Virus record (IMG/VR): IMGVR_UViG_3300037487_001184
Coordinates: 32,001-96,000 of that record
Origin: a virus
Strand: one strand, 5' to 3'
Length of the DNA: 64,000 nt
In this document: positions 6,773-17,222 of the stretch, piece by piece
Layout of the letters: each line of letters begins with the position of its first letter
Numbering within the stretch: position 1 is the first letter of the stretch
Made by a program: the position numbers and the translations under genes
The notes under the pieces: generated by a model
What the model saw: the letters and a program-made list of their open reading frames with translations, nothing else
The model's database searches: none
What the model was told of the DNA's origin: nothing

Positions 6773-8477
6773 ATACCGCTGTTGTCGGGATAGCCGGAGG
6801 CTTAGGAGAAGGAACAGCGGGAGGCTTAGCCGGAGGGGTCGCTGGTGTTTCTGGAGGGGTATCCGTAGGAGTAGTTGGGGTATCAGGTAACTTGGCTGTA
6901 TCTACCGGAGGTTTATCCTGGGGCAATCCTGATGCTGTTTCCAACTCAGGTATAACCAACCTACCTTGGTCAAGTAACTTTCCTACTATTGCGTACGGAT
7001 AATCAGCCCACACCGCATTAATCTTACTAATCTGTGTACCCATAAGATTGTTCAACATATCAATTCCGTTGTTAATGGAAGTGGCTCCCATCGAACCAAA
7101 AGACTTCATGGCATTGATTATATCATTGGTGCCCACCGTCTGCGGACCCTTACTCTTATACTCCCAGAGAAAACATTCAAACTCCCCCCACACTACAGTA
7201 CGATTTATAACCTCATCAAACGATGTTCGTTCAGGAATAAAGATTTGCTGTTCAGCAAGCATCTGTGCTGTGAAGGCACTGGAGTAAGAATAAACTCCAA
7301 TCCCCCCAAGGTATAGGGCGGGTAATCTAAAAGCCTGACGAATTACATCGTAAGAGTTTTCCATATACCCCTTAAACATGAGGTCTTGGTTCCTGTTAGA
7401 AATCATGTTCTCAATTCTTATCTTAACATTCGAATCATTATCAAGCCCTGTTATCTCTGGCACTGCTTCCAGTAAACCTGTCCTGTTGAAATTGTCTGCA
7501 CTTCTAAACGATTGAATTAAATCCTGCAGCTCTGCTCTAGAATCATCCGTCAGCGAACCATTCTCCACTATGATTAACATAGGGGGGATGCCTTGGTTAT
7601 CAAACAAGTCGAAGTTCACATACTGTGCTGTAGACCTGCCAGCAACCTCAGTCAACGCGCCTATCCAGCGCGGCACACCATAAGCCTTCCCGCCAAAGTT
7701 ATTCTTAATCCAAAGCAACTCAGTAGCTAATTCTGTACTCTTACCGCCACCTTTGGTTGTAAGATACTCTCCTGTCAACGCGTCCATCGGTCTGGTATCC
7801 CCAAAGGTTTTGAACCACTTGAGTTTGTTATCAGATTGGTTGACCTGTACATACCTACGAAACTTCTTCTTTATATTAAAAGCAGTGGGATTCCCGTCTC
7901 GTATAATTATAGTCTTTACATTAACCGGATCTGTATCCAAATAACACATCCTGGTATCTGTAACAGGATTATAATAAGCAAAAGTGAGAAGGTTAGTCTT
8001 GGGTCGTCTAACCATTTCTATGGCTGAGTAGCCTACCACCTCATAATCCTCACGCGCAAGAACGCGCACTGATTGAAATGACTGATCCTCATTAACCTGG
8101 TCAAAGAAGTTTTCAAGTAACATCTTCTGCCGCTGAGCTTCTGAAGAATCTCGCTCGGTTAAATCATTGCCTTTGAAGACAAGTTCATACCCAAACCCAT
8201 CAACATTCTTCTGCATAGCTTTAACACATGCCTGTAAAACATCTGATGATTCATATGTGCTGTATAGTGACGAAGGTATCATATCAGGCTGGATGATAGC
8301 CTCATACGCGCCGTAGTAATCAATGAACGGGTCTTTATCTTCGCGCCCGCGCCCAAGCATATCTGGAGGTCCAGACCCACCTGTCTTTAAAGGTGTGACT
8401 TCATTAACTCGTTGTGTTCTAAACTTAGTCACACCCAAATTTATTCTACTCCGCTCTTGTAGTTCTTCATCAGTCAT
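6771..8477 (-). CDS. phage portal protein with Pro-rich C-terminal tail
   Basis: DYEVVGYSAIEMVR, YGVPRWIGAL, FDNQGIPPMLIIVENG, IRQAFRLPALYLG. Confidence 0.85.
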   Translation of the reverse strand: MTDEELQERSRINLGVTKFRTQRVNEVTPLKTGGSGPPDMLGRGREDKDPFIDYYGAYEAIIQPDMIPSSLYSTYESSDVLQACVKAMQKNVDGFGYELVFKGNDLTERDSSEAQRQKMLLENFFDQVNEDQSFQSVRVLAREDYEVVGYSAIEMVRRPKTNLLTFAYYNPVTDTRMCYLDTDPVNVKTIIIRDGNPTAFNIKKKFRRYVQVNQSDNKLKWFKTFGDTRPMDALTGEYLTTKGGGKSTELATELLWIKNNFGGKAYGVPRWIGALTEVAGRSTAQYVNFDLFDNQGIPPMLIIVENGSLTDDSRAELQDLIQSFRSADNFNRTGLLEAVPEITGLDNDSNVKIRIENMISNRNQDLMFKGYMENSYDVIRQAFRLPALYLGGIGVYSYSSAFTAQMLAEQQIFIPERTSFDEVINRTVVWGEFECFLWEYKSKGPQTVGTNDIINAMKSFGSMGATSINNGIDMLNNLMGTQISKINAVWADYPYAIVGKLLDQGRLVIPELETASGLPQDKPPVDTAKLPDTPTTPTDTPPETPATPPAKPPAVPSPKPPAIPTTAV

Positions 8478-11035
8478 GTAATATATTCCTCCAAATCTGC
8501 ATAATTATATCCTACCTTCGCCTCTACTACCCAAGGCACTTTCAATTCCACCCCAAAATATTCCTTCAGGGGGAGATTTTCCATCTCATATTGTATTATT
8601 GGTGCATAAAAGTCAACCCTATCTTCTCTACATTCGAAGATTAACTCATCATGAACAAATAAAATTGCTTTTATCTCTTTAGGATTCAACAATCCCTTTC
8701 GAAGAAGTTCATTGCAAGCCAGTAGTACAGAGTCTGAGGCAGCCGCCTGTATAGAATGGTTATAAGCCTGTCGTTCACTCCTTCCCGCGGCTTCCTGGTC
8801 TAGTGAATTTATCTCAGGGAGTCTCCTACGTCTACCAAGGGGGGACGAAACGTAACCAAGTTTCCTGGCTGACTTCCGTATCTTACTATGATAGGCTGCA
8901 ATCCCTGGATACGTTTTAAAGAATAGTGCATGATAATGCTTAGCTTCATCTATAGTCAAATCAATATCGTATTGAAGTTTGGCATATTTCTGATATCCAT
9001 ATACCCCCATCCCATATAACAACCCAAAGACGAGAGACTTTGCGCGCTTACGCGCAAGCTTGAAATCGTCTTCAGGAACCTCGTCCCTAGTCTTACCCAA
9101 AAGAAGTTCTGCGGTCTTAGTATGCACATCCTCCTTATTCCTGTATACCTCCAACAAGGTCGGGTCCTCAGAACAGTGAGCCATCCACCTAACCTCCGCC
9201 TGAGACGCATCCAACGCTAAGAATACTGAACCAGGCTTGGCTATTATAAGCCTACGCATCTCCCTGCCGGTACCACTAGCAGGTATGTTCTGTAAGTTAG
9301 GCGCGTTGACACTCGTACGCCCAGTAGTAGCAGTAACTAAAGAATAGGTGGGATGAATCCTACCGTCAGACCTGACTGACTGCTCGAAGTTCTTAATATA
9401 TCTAGTGACTAAAGTGTTTAATTTACTCCACTCCTCATATACCACTATAAACTCTAAAGCCTTCTTATGAATCCTGCCTTTATCCTTCAGATAATTCCTA
9501 GCCTTAGCATCTACACTAAAGGTGCCCCCCTTCGAAGTCTTGAAAATGGGCTCCAAGTGATAACCATCCTCTGCAAACAACACATCTCTAATTAAACCAG
9601 CTCTCGTAAGCTTTATCCCTTGTGGTGTGTGTCTCTCCAATACACCGGGGGGGATGAGTGCCACAGCAAGCTTATAACATGAGACTAATTCTCTAGATAT
9701 TGTATCCTTAACAATAGGAAGTTGTTCCATATCAACCAACGCGCCATTGTTAGCAAACTCAAACAGCGACGTTGATATTGTAGGCATCACAAACTTAGAG
9801 AAATAATTAGCTACGCGTTTAGTTTCAAGAAGTCTGTTGCGCGTACTTATAGCAGAGACGTAAGTGGTCGCTGCATCGGCACACGCGTAGTAGGATAGTT
9901 CGCTGCAAGGAACGGATAACATATTGGACTTATCGAATTTGTTGTCAAACTCAGTAGAGTAAGAAGAATCTAGGGTAGTGAAGTGCTTCCTAACCTGCTC
10001 TAAAGATGCTCTGGCGTGAAGGTTCTCATCTAAAAGATGAGCCGCAGCCTGAACATCCATACCATAAGCTCTTGGTTTAATGGGGGGAAGTCCCTCACGA
10101 ATACAGAGCGCGTTGATGAATAGTAAATCAAAATTTCCATTGAACATGTACTTGATAATATCTGGAGATTCTATCAAACGCACAAGGTCACTCAGCTTCT
10201 TATCGAAGTTGGTGGACTTCCTAACCCCTATTTTCTGTTCTACCTTCTTTCTACCGACCTTGGCAGTAAAATCAACATAAAAATCCGGATTATCTTCACA
10301 CATCTCATGCAGATATACCTGGTATGCGGTCTCCTGATCAGCACACAGTGAATAAGATATAAGAAGATTGTTATTGCCTAGCCAATCAAGTCCCTGTGTC
10401 TCTGTATCTAAAGCAACTGCCCTTGGTTTCTCATCGAACAACTTATCCAAACTCTCCAGTTCTTTAAATCTGAATGTGCTCATGGGATCAATTGGCACAC
10501 AACCACTATCAAGAAAGCGTTTAATCTTAGCAAAATCTGTGATTAGTTCAGACGTAAAGCTGTGAGCGCGTAGACAATAAGCCGGGTGATAGGTAGGAAG
10601 CACCCAGCAATTAAACTCCTCAGACCATACAAAAACACCGTGCCTCTTCTTTATGTTACGCTGCCTCATTACCTGCCATGTAGCTATATCCCCGAGTGTA
10701 ACAATCAGTTTAGGTTTGATAGCTGTGGCAGCTCTAACCATAAATCTTCTACAGTGTTGGAGAAGAGTGTTCACTTCTTTTACAGTATAAGCATCCTTAT
10801 CAATCCTACACACAGCAGCGTTTGATAGAAAAAAACTATCTAGATTAAGCTCGGTAAGAAATGCTACTTTCTTAAGCAGGTCTCCAGAGGGACCAACAAA
10901 AGGTTGTCCTTCTACCAACTCCATTCTTCCAGGTGATTCCCCAACTAGCATTACATCAGCGTTGACATTACCTCTAAACGGAACTTGTTTTAGTCTCCGA
11001 TAGTTTGGGCATTCTTTGTCAAGACACTTCTGCAT
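8474..11035 (-). CDS. polA: family A DNA polymerase with N-terminal uracil-DNA glycosylase (family 4)-like and 3'-5' exonuclease domains
   Basis: VGESPG..E...GQPFVGPSG and TYHPAY (UDG); LDTET (exo); DASQAEVR, KSLVFGLLYG, VHDEL (pol motifs A/B/C). Confidence 0.93.
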   Translation of the reverse strand: MQKCLDKECPNYRRLKQVPFRGNVNADVMLVGESPGRMELVEGQPFVGPSGDLLKKVAFLTELNLDSFFLSNAAVCRIDKDAYTVKEVNTLLQHCRRFMVRAATAIKPKLIVTLGDIATWQVMRQRNIKKRHGVFVWSEEFNCWVLPTYHPAYCLRAHSFTSELITDFAKIKRFLDSGCVPIDPMSTFRFKELESLDKLFDEKPRAVALDTETQGLDWLGNNNLLISYSLCADQETAYQVYLHEMCEDNPDFYVDFTAKVGRKKVEQKIGVRKSTNFDKKLSDLVRLIESPDIIKYMFNGNFDLLFINALCIREGLPPIKPRAYGMDVQAAAHLLDENLHARASLEQVRKHFTTLDSSYSTEFDNKFDKSNMLSVPCSELSYYACADAATTYVSAISTRNRLLETKRVANYFSKFVMPTISTSLFEFANNGALVDMEQLPIVKDTISRELVSCYKLAVALIPPGVLERHTPQGIKLTRAGLIRDVLFAEDGYHLEPIFKTSKGGTFSVDAKARNYLKDKGRIHKKALEFIVVYEEWSKLNTLVTRYIKNFEQSVRSDGRIHPTYSLVTATTGRTSVNAPNLQNIPASGTGREMRRLIIAKPGSVFLALDASQAEVRWMAHCSEDPTLLEVYRNKEDVHTKTAELLLGKTRDEVPEDDFKLARKRAKSLVFGLLYGMGVYGYQKYAKLQYDIDLTIDEAKHYHALFFKTYPGIAAYHSKIRKSARKLGYVSSPLGRRRRLPEINSLDQEAAGRSERQAYNHSIQAAASDSVLLACNELLRKGLLNPKEIKAILFVHDELIFECREDRVDFYAPIIQYEMENLPLKEYFGVELKVPWVVEAKVGYNYADLEEYIT

Positions 11036-11792
11036 TTGATGGCTCCTTACTAGTATTTACTTGACCTATAATTGCTGTTAAATCTCCTATAAGTTTTGCT
11101 CTACCAGGAGCGCTGTTGCACTCAACAGTAAAGAGTGTCTCGTTGTCAACAACCACCACACCGAACTTAGGGTCAAACTTAGCCCTGCCTGACCAAGTTG
11201 TCAGATAATCATAGTAGACACAAGACATAGAATAAAGTTTCTTATCTAAATCCTTGAACCAAATTATACCAGGGCTGGAAAATAAGTATCGTTGGTAGAA
11301 GAAAGGCAGTACCATCTTAGGCTTTATCTTATAAACTTTGTTTGTAAGGTCTACCGCTGCCTTCAACATCTCTTGGGAGGCTGGAAAATAATGCAGATAC
11401 AAATTTTTCTTTACCAGCTTTTTAGACAAGAGTGTGTCGCCACCAAACATCCCGCCCCTATCCGTCATGAACCGAATATTCTTCTCCCTCACCGTTCCTT
11501 TATACCACTTCGTTACTTTATTATCTCTCATTAATAGAAACCACTCTGGGAGTGTATTTACACGTTTAGATAGAGGGATGCCCTTTCTCATTAAAGTTCT
11601 ATGCTTACTCATCAGTTCGGTTCGGTTCTTACCTTTTTCAGTAAGTGTATAGGTCTTCCCCTTTCTAGTCATAAACCCAGATGATATAAGAAATAACAGA
11701 CTATCTGCCTGACTTTTAGTAGGGGATTTGAGGGTTATAGTATTACCCTCTAGATTAGATAACAAAAAATCCCATGCAATATAGGCTATCAT
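11019..11792 (-). CDS. hypothetical protein, possible N-terminal winged helix
   Basis: long coupled ORF; GFMTRKGKTYTLTEKG. Confidence 0.6.
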   Translation of the reverse strand: MIAYIAWDFLLSNLEGNTITLKSPTKSQADSLLFLISSGFMTRKGKTYTLTEKGKNRTELMSKHRTLMRKGIPLSKRVNTLPEWFLLMRDNKVTKWYKGTVREKNIRFMTDRGGMFGGDTLLSKKLVKKNLYLHYFPASQEMLKAAVDLTNKVYKIKPKMVLPFFYQRYLFSSPGIIWFKDLDKKLYSMSCVYYDYLTTWSGRAKFDPKFGVVVVDNETLFTVECNSAPGRAKLIGDLTAIIGQVNTSKEPSNAEVS

Positions 11793-12247
11793 GTGTAATG
11801 TTGCTTATGTCCAGCACCATAAGATTCGGTGTTATAATATCTGGTAGCCTGTTCATTACAGGTACTACACATCTTATTAGTGGTAGTGTTCTCTGAGTAG
11901 AAAATTCTATCGCACCCAAGACACCTAATCTCCCCAACGGAGATTTTCCTCATCCCGAAGAATGCACGCACTTCATCTACAGACATACCCTCAGATAAAT
12001 CACTGTTTATCTTTAGTTTGTATCGCTTCCGCTGCTCGCTTATGCATGTTTTCTTACCACATGTCTTACGATGCTCACCTCTAGCTTTTATAGGAGACCC
12101 GCATATGCAGCAATACCTGAGAGGGATTGCCCCTTTTCGTTTTTCGTATCTCATACGCTCCCCACAACGCTTCGAGCAATGTTTTTGACGTTTATCTCTG
12201 GGCTCGAAGTCGATCCCGCACCACGGACATTTCTTATTTTCAGCCAT
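11789..12247 (-). CDS. multi zinc-finger protein
   Basis: several CxxC pairs (CPWCG...CSKRC, CCICG, CLGC...CSTC). Confidence 0.65.
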   Translation of the reverse strand: MAENKKCPWCGIDFEPRDKRQKHCSKRCGERMRYEKRKGAIPLRYCCICGSPIKARGEHRKTCGKKTCISEQRKRYKLKINSDLSEGMSVDEVRAFFGMRKISVGEIRCLGCDRIFYSENTTTNKMCSTCNEQATRYYNTESYGAGHKQHYT

Positions 12248-12248
12248 T

Positions 12249-12309
12249 ATTGTACCATACTTTTTAAAAATTGTCAACTGTTGATTTTTCAACAAACTTA
12301 TGTTATACT
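12249..12309. promoter_or_regulatory. back-to-back sigma70-type promoters
   Basis: - strand TTGACA-17-TACAAT (12277-12249); + strand TTGATT-17-TATACT (12281-12309); both with extended TG. Confidence 0.6.
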
Positions 12310-12334
12310 AATGTAAATAAATTTGGAGGAAGGC

Positions 12335-12628
12335 ATGAAAAAAGAAGACGAGAACATAGTGAAAGAGGCTGTGAAAACTTTAAATCAGGAGCTAACTAAG
12401 GCGCGTGATTACAAGTCTCCAAAGCGGAGAATCGGGCTAGTTTGGCAAGCGGATGGTAATGCGGCAGTAATAGATATAGAGGATATTGAAGTCTTCTATG
12501 GAGATATGACCTCAATGCATATAAAAGCCAAGCTCCTTCATATCATCAACGACCCGTTCCATGTGGAGATTCACCATATTATCGAGGCATTCCTCCTGAA
12601 TAACCTTGATAGTGTATTAGATAAGTGA
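12335..12628 (+). CDS. hypothetical protein, lone + strand gene
   Basis: GGAGG Shine-Dalgarno and its own promoter. Confidence 0.65.
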   Translation: MKKEDENIVKEAVKTLNQELTKARDYKSPKRRIGLVWQADGNAAVIDIEDIEVFYGDMTSMHIKAKLLHIINDPFHVEIHHIIEAFLLNNLDSVLDK

Positions 12629-12741
12629 GAGGCGGGGGGTGCTGCAATTGGTTCGGTAGGGAGGCAATTCCTGAACCGCGCGGCACCCTCTACACTGCTA
12701 ATAATTACTTTCATCTTCAGTGCTTCACCCGCCAATTCTAG

Positions 12742-13821
12742 TTAACCAGAAGTTGATAGTACATCAGTAGTCCCTGTATCATACTTCACATACAAGGTTG
12801 TAACATTGCCTACCTTCAACGCGTAGAATGCAACATTGCCAGCGGCTGGCGTATCGGGGGCAGAGACCACAGTTGCTAACGCAGCAAAGGTACCTTGTGT
12901 TCCCTGGTTACCCTGTGTACCCTGATTTCCTTGAGTGCTTTGGTTGCCTTGTGTACCCTGATTTCCTTGAGTACCTTGGGTTCCTTCTCCAACAGTACCT
13001 TGAGTGCCTTGGTTGCCTTGTGTACCCTGATTTCCTTGAGTACCTTGGGTTCCTTCTCCAACAGTACCTTGATTACCCTGTGTGCCCTGTGTACCCTGAT
13101 TACCTTGAGGACCTGCCTCAGTACTAGCCGCACCAGTATTACCCTGATTGCCTTGAGTACCCTGATTACCCTGATTGCCTTGAGTACCAGAGTTCCCTGG
13201 ATTCCCCATATTACCCTGATTTCCCTGGCTTCCCTGTGTACCTTGAGGACCAGCTACTCCACTCTGATTACCCTGAGTGCCCTGTGGACCAGTGTTACCC
13301 TGAGTTCCTTGAGGACCCTGAGATCCGGTCTCACCAGTAGTACATGCTTCCCACGCTATGCCGGTAGAAACATAAAGTAGGTCAGTAGTAGTATCGTAGA
13401 AAAAAGCACCGGTATAATCCAGTGTTTTTAAAATATTAACTTTACAACCAGTACCACCACCACCTGTAGCTGCCACGTCATGAGCAACAGCATAGCCAGT
13501 TCCGCCAGCAAGTATTGCTATGCCAGTTACAGCGCCAGCATCGACAGATGTCACAGTAACAGTTCCGCTAGTACCACCAGCAATTGCTAATGTATTACCA
13601 ACTACGTATGTAGTTGCCCCGCCACTATGTAGACTCACTTCAGTAATAACACCAACAGGCGGTATCGCTGATGTTGCGCCTAGCATACACTTACCCATAA
13701 TTCTTTTGTTCACGCCGTCAGAGATGAGCATGACCTGTTTATCTTCTGCATACCCATAATCAAATTTGGATATAATTCCCTTTGTTGCCTGTACAAGTGT
13801 CGCAAATCGTTTGATTGCCAA
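12742..13821 (-). CDS. collagen-like virion protein with GGTGY beta-rich domain
   Basis: long G-x-Q triplet tract (GTQ/GNQ/GPQ). Confidence 0.8.
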   Translation of the reverse strand: MAIKRFATLVQATKGIISKFDYGYAEDKQVMLISDGVNKRIMGKCMLGATSAIPPVGVITEVSLHSGGATTYVVGNTLAIAGGTSGTVTVTSVDAGAVTGIAILAGGTGYAVAHDVAATGGGGTGCKVNILKTLDYTGAFFYDTTTDLLYVSTGIAWEACTTGETGSQGPQGTQGNTGPQGTQGNQSGVAGPQGTQGSQGNQGNMGNPGNSGTQGNQGNQGTQGNQGNTGAASTEAGPQGNQGTQGTQGNQGTVGEGTQGTQGNQGTQGNQGTQGTVGEGTQGTQGNQGTQGNQSTQGNQGTQGNQGTQGTFAALATVVSAPDTPAAGNVAFYALKVGNVTTLYVKYDTGTTDVLSTSG

Positions 13822-13932
13822 TTTAGTACCCCTTATTGTATAGCTTTACGCTACGGTTATACAGCAAATGCTGTAGTGGTGCCTCCACTTATATTATTTA
13901 ATACACCTATCATCAGGTTTGTCAATACGTTC

Positions 13933-14832
13933 CTATCCCCCCCGATTAATCCAGAAGCTATAGTTGCTCTTGTTGAATAAATATGGATTACCATCAATAA
14001 CAAAAGTGCCACCAGCATTCCATTTCGGGAAAGTATTTATTCTAGTAGACTTATACTCTGTATGCAATGGGTCACGCATACAACCACCATCAACAATCCA
14101 ATACTTACCAGATTTATCAAACCCGGTCGCTTGATGATGTGTATGCCCACATATTATATTCTTATGATAAATAGAAGCTAACTCTCTAGCAACAGCGAGC
14201 GGGAGTCTACTATAGTTATCCTGGTGTGCCACAAGGATTTCCGTCCCCCCCGATTCAAGAACACAATAAGAATACTCTGAGAACTCCACACCGGCTAGGC
14301 TCTTAAAGAAGTCAGCAATAGTTATCTCCCCATCAAGCTTATGAGCCAAGCGTCGCTCATGATTCCCTGTAGTGCAATGCACTTCAGAGAATAGACTCAG
14401 AAAAATTCTTAGTATCTTTACTGCTGGTTCTAACTCTTCTTTAAATGCAAGTTTATAAACCGTTGAGCGCGCCCATTTAGAGAAACTATCGAGTGATATA
14501 AAGTCTCCATTGATGATGAGAGTTTTAATATCAAACTTTTTAGCTATAGAACATGCTTGTTCTAATATCTCTGGGTCGTGGCACGGTACTTCTACATCTC
14601 CTATTACCATTGCCCGGTCTGCCTTAACCGTCATAAATTCGTCATATTTTGGCGTTCTGGGGGGAGGCATACTCTGCCTACTTTCCAATTTCCATCTCCT
14701 TATTGTGCGTTTAGATACGTCGTATTTAATTGCGAGGTCTGTGTTAGACATACGTGCCGCTTCTATTCTAAATTCTTCGTTATTTTTCACGTTTCTCCTT
14801 AAATCCACCAAACGACTCCAGCCCACACCCAA
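13933..14832 (-). CDS. calcineurin-like metallophosphoesterase with N-terminal HTH
   Basis: IGDVE, NGDF, GNHE, GHTH motifs; LAIKYDVSKRTIRRW HTH. Confidence 0.85.
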   Translation of the reverse strand: MGVGWSRLVDLRRNVKNNEEFRIEAARMSNTDLAIKYDVSKRTIRRWKLESRQSMPPPRTPKYDEFMTVKADRAMVIGDVEVPCHDPEILEQACSIAKKFDIKTLIINGDFISLDSFSKWARSTVYKLAFKEELEPAVKILRIFLSLFSEVHCTTGNHERRLAHKLDGEITIADFFKSLAGVEFSEYSYCVLESGGTEILVAHQDNYSRLPLAVARELASIYHKNIICGHTHHQATGFDKSGKYWIVDGGCMRDPLHTEYKSTRINTFPKWNAGGTFVIDGNPYLFNKSNYSFWINRGG

Positions 14833-14881
14833 TAGAACTCATCCGGCAACAAAATTAGAGACTCGACAACTATGCTCATTA

Positions 14882-15235
14882 TTACTGCCTCTGCAGATTT
14901 TGCATCTGCTGCTGATAGTTCTGTTGCAGTTGCTGCATCTGCTGTTGAAACTGCTGTGCTGACTGTTGTTGCATCTGTGGATTACCTTGATTCTGTATCT
15001 GGCTTATTGTACGCTGTGTTTGCAGCCTAGCCATAGATGCCTGAAAATCCGCCTGTGCTTGTATAGTCTGCACCTGCTTCTGTTGCTGTTGTTGCTGAGT
15101 TTGTGATATGGGTTGGTTAAATTGCTGATTAGGTATCATAGGCATCGGGTTAGGTCCGCAACCTGGGCTCTGTGCCGAAGCTATACTTACTGCCGCCAAT
15201 ACCACAAACATTACAAATACAAATCCTTTTTTCAT
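14882..15235 (-). CDS. secreted glutamine-rich protein
   Basis: signal peptide (MKKGFVFV...ASA) and polyQ tracts. Confidence 0.7.
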   Translation of the reverse strand: MKKGFVFVMFVVLAAVSIASAQSPGCGPNPMPMIPNQQFNQPISQTQQQQQQKQVQTIQAQADFQASMARLQTQRTISQIQNQGNPQMQQQSAQQFQQQMQQLQQNYQQQMQNLQRQ

Positions 15236-15627
15236 AATCTTACTCCCTAAGTTTTTACATCAACACTCTTATATAATACTAATATTGATTAGTCAAGTTT
15301 CATCACAATCAAATTCCTTAGCAGTATCACCGCTGTTTGCCTCTCCTTTTTGGTACAATGGGAGCTTCTTTCCTTCAGATTGAATCTCCCAAATGTCATT
15401 AATAATTTCAAGCAATTCCTCGTGAGTATGTCGTTGTTCTTTGCCACGACGTAATCTTCTATACAACTACATATCCTCAATATCTAGAGGAGTGCCGTTA
15501 TAATCGGTATACTCTTCGGCTGCTTCACGTTCGCGTATCAATTTAAGTTTAATACATTTCCGGCAATAGCAACCAGGCTCGTGTGTTATATCTCTAGTTA
15601 TATCGAATAACTCTTTATTTTCTTCCA

Positions 15628-15819
15628 TCATTCCTCTACATCGCTCAAATTAATACGACTGCCACATGCACACTCAGCGTAAACTCTCAACTTATCATTC
15701 ATTACAAATCCAATAGTATACCAACGCATTTTGTCTTTCTTTATGGGACAGTATTTTACATGCTTATTCTTCCAAAGCATTACACACGTCACTTGATTGT
15801 CATCAAGTTTGAACTCCAT
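15628..15819 (-). CDS. small Cys-containing hypothetical protein
   Basis: coupled ORF; CACG motif. Confidence 0.55.
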   Translation of the reverse strand: MEFKLDDNQVTCVMLWKNKHVKYCPIKKDKMRWYTIGFVMNDKLRVYAECACGSRINLSDVEE

Positions 15820-15821
15820 TG

Positions 15822-16364
15822 CTATTTATCGCCCAGAATAAGCCTTCGAACTTTTACAAGATCAGTTAATAACTTACCCTTTAATTTATCTAACACTACT
15901 CCACGCGTTTCACTTGCATGAGTAACTTCGAGTAGACCTGATTTTGGTCCTATCATGAAAGCACCTACATGCCCATAAGTTCTAGCACTTCCACTCCAGG
16001 TCCAAAAACTTAAGTCTAAATGGTCAGCGTCATCTGACTTAACATCCTTACCTAACCATCCACCACCACCTGTAGCCATATCCCGTGCAGTGGTCCGCGA
16101 TATAGGAATTCCTGCCCGTCTAGCCGTTAGATACATATAGCGACTGCAATCGACTCCTAATTCTATAGGGTCGTCTGGTTTAATCTTATCCGACATGACA
16201 TACTTGGGGTTCTTCAGAATCATGAAGTTGAGTTCTTTCTCCCAACTCGCCGCATACTCAGGCGCTAGACTTTTGGCAGGGATACACCATAGGAATATAA
16301 TAATAATAATCAGGAATACTATTCCTCCAGTGTAAATCGCAAACTCACGGCTATCTCGGTCCAT
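15822..16364 (-). CDS. NlpC/P60 cysteine peptidase (cell-wall hydrolase, endolysin candidate) with N-terminal TM helix
   Basis: VDCSRY, GHVGAF, THAS catalytic pattern. Confidence 0.8.
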   Translation of the reverse strand: MDRDSREFAIYTGGIVFLIIIIIFLWCIPAKSLAPEYAASWEKELNFMILKNPKYVMSDKIKPDDPIELGVDCSRYMYLTARRAGIPISRTTARDMATGGGGWLGKDVKSDDADHLDLSFWTWSGSARTYGHVGAFMIGPKSGLLEVTHASETRGVVLDKLKGKLLTDLVKVRRLILGDK

Positions 16365-16534
16365 TACTTACATTTCCCACAATCATATGCTGGAGTACCA
16401 CCGAGGTCTTTACACTGTTTCTCCTCTAACTGAACACATTTTATTCCAGGAAAGCAACAGTGTGTAAAAGGTTTTGTGCAGCCGATAAGGGCAAGCACGG
16501 CAACGATAATAAATGCTAACGCTAAATTTCTCAT
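16364..16534 (-). CDS. small Cys-rich lipoprotein
   Basis: lipobox LIGC after a hydrophobic stretch. Confidence 0.6.
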   Translation of the reverse strand: MRNLALAFIIVAVLALIGCTKPFTHCCFPGIKCVQLEEKQCKDLGGTPAYDCGKCK

Positions 16535-16545
16535 AATGTTCTCCT

Positions 16546-16785
16546 TTAACAAAAACCATTTGCACCATATAAAATACTGGGGGTATATCTCTGGTCCCCA
16601 CTAAAATAAGGTCCAGTTGGGTAAGGGTATGGATTAGTATAGGGCTGCGGAATCACCGGATTGGGATATGAATTCCTTTCTATCTCACGTATAATCACTG
16701 GTCCAGCCCGCTCTACCATCAATTTGGTTACAAGCTCCCGTAAGAACTCAACTTCTTTTTTAAGCATCTCTATTTTATCGTTCAT
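16546..16785 (-). CDS. hypothetical protein (coiled coil plus Pro/Tyr-rich tail)
   Basis: ORF with Shine-Dalgarno-like GGGG. Confidence 0.55.
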   Translation of the reverse strand: MNDKIEMLKKEVEFLRELVTKLMVERAGPVIIREIERNSYPNPVIPQPYTNPYPYPTGPYFSGDQRYTPSILYGANGFC

Positions 16786-16954
16786 TTTACAACCCCACAA
16801 TATTTATCAAGATTAAAGATAGGATGCCTGTTCCTTTCAGCCATTCGCTTCTCGTCTTCCTCTCGTAGAATCTTCGCTACCCTAGCCATACTAGCTTCCC
16901 ATTCAGGCGTTCCAATACGTAGTTTCTCTTTTACCTCTTTCACTGTCATCTTCT

Positions 16955-17218
16955 TCATTTCCTTGGGTCCTTATCAAACGGGGTAGGTATTCTTCCATCC
17001 TCAGTTGGTGCTGACTCTATTGAACCACCATTCATTTTCTTTGATGGAGCCCACTTTCTAGCCTTTGGTGGCTTAGGTTTTACCATATCGTTGACGTCAC
17101 CGAATTGATACTTCTGTGCTGGTGCTATAACCACAGGTGGAGTATCATTATCACATGTAGCCATAGATGATCCCATTAACGTGATCATGATCATGATTAG
17201 TAATATTCTCATCTGCAC
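16955..17218 (-). CDS. exported or lipoprotein, Pro-rich (o-spanin-like candidate)
   Basis: hydrophobic N-terminus followed by Cys, then Pro-rich region. Confidence 0.5.
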   Translation of the reverse strand: MQMRILLIMIMITLMGSSMATCDNDTPPVVIAPAQKYQFGDVNDMVKPKPPKARKWAPSKKMNGGSIESAPTEDGRIPTPFDKDPRK

Positions 17219-17222
17219 CCCA

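Noticed and set aside
6733-7002. Gly-rich + strand ORF
   Set aside because: It is antisense to the Pro-rich portal tail and crosses the terminator.
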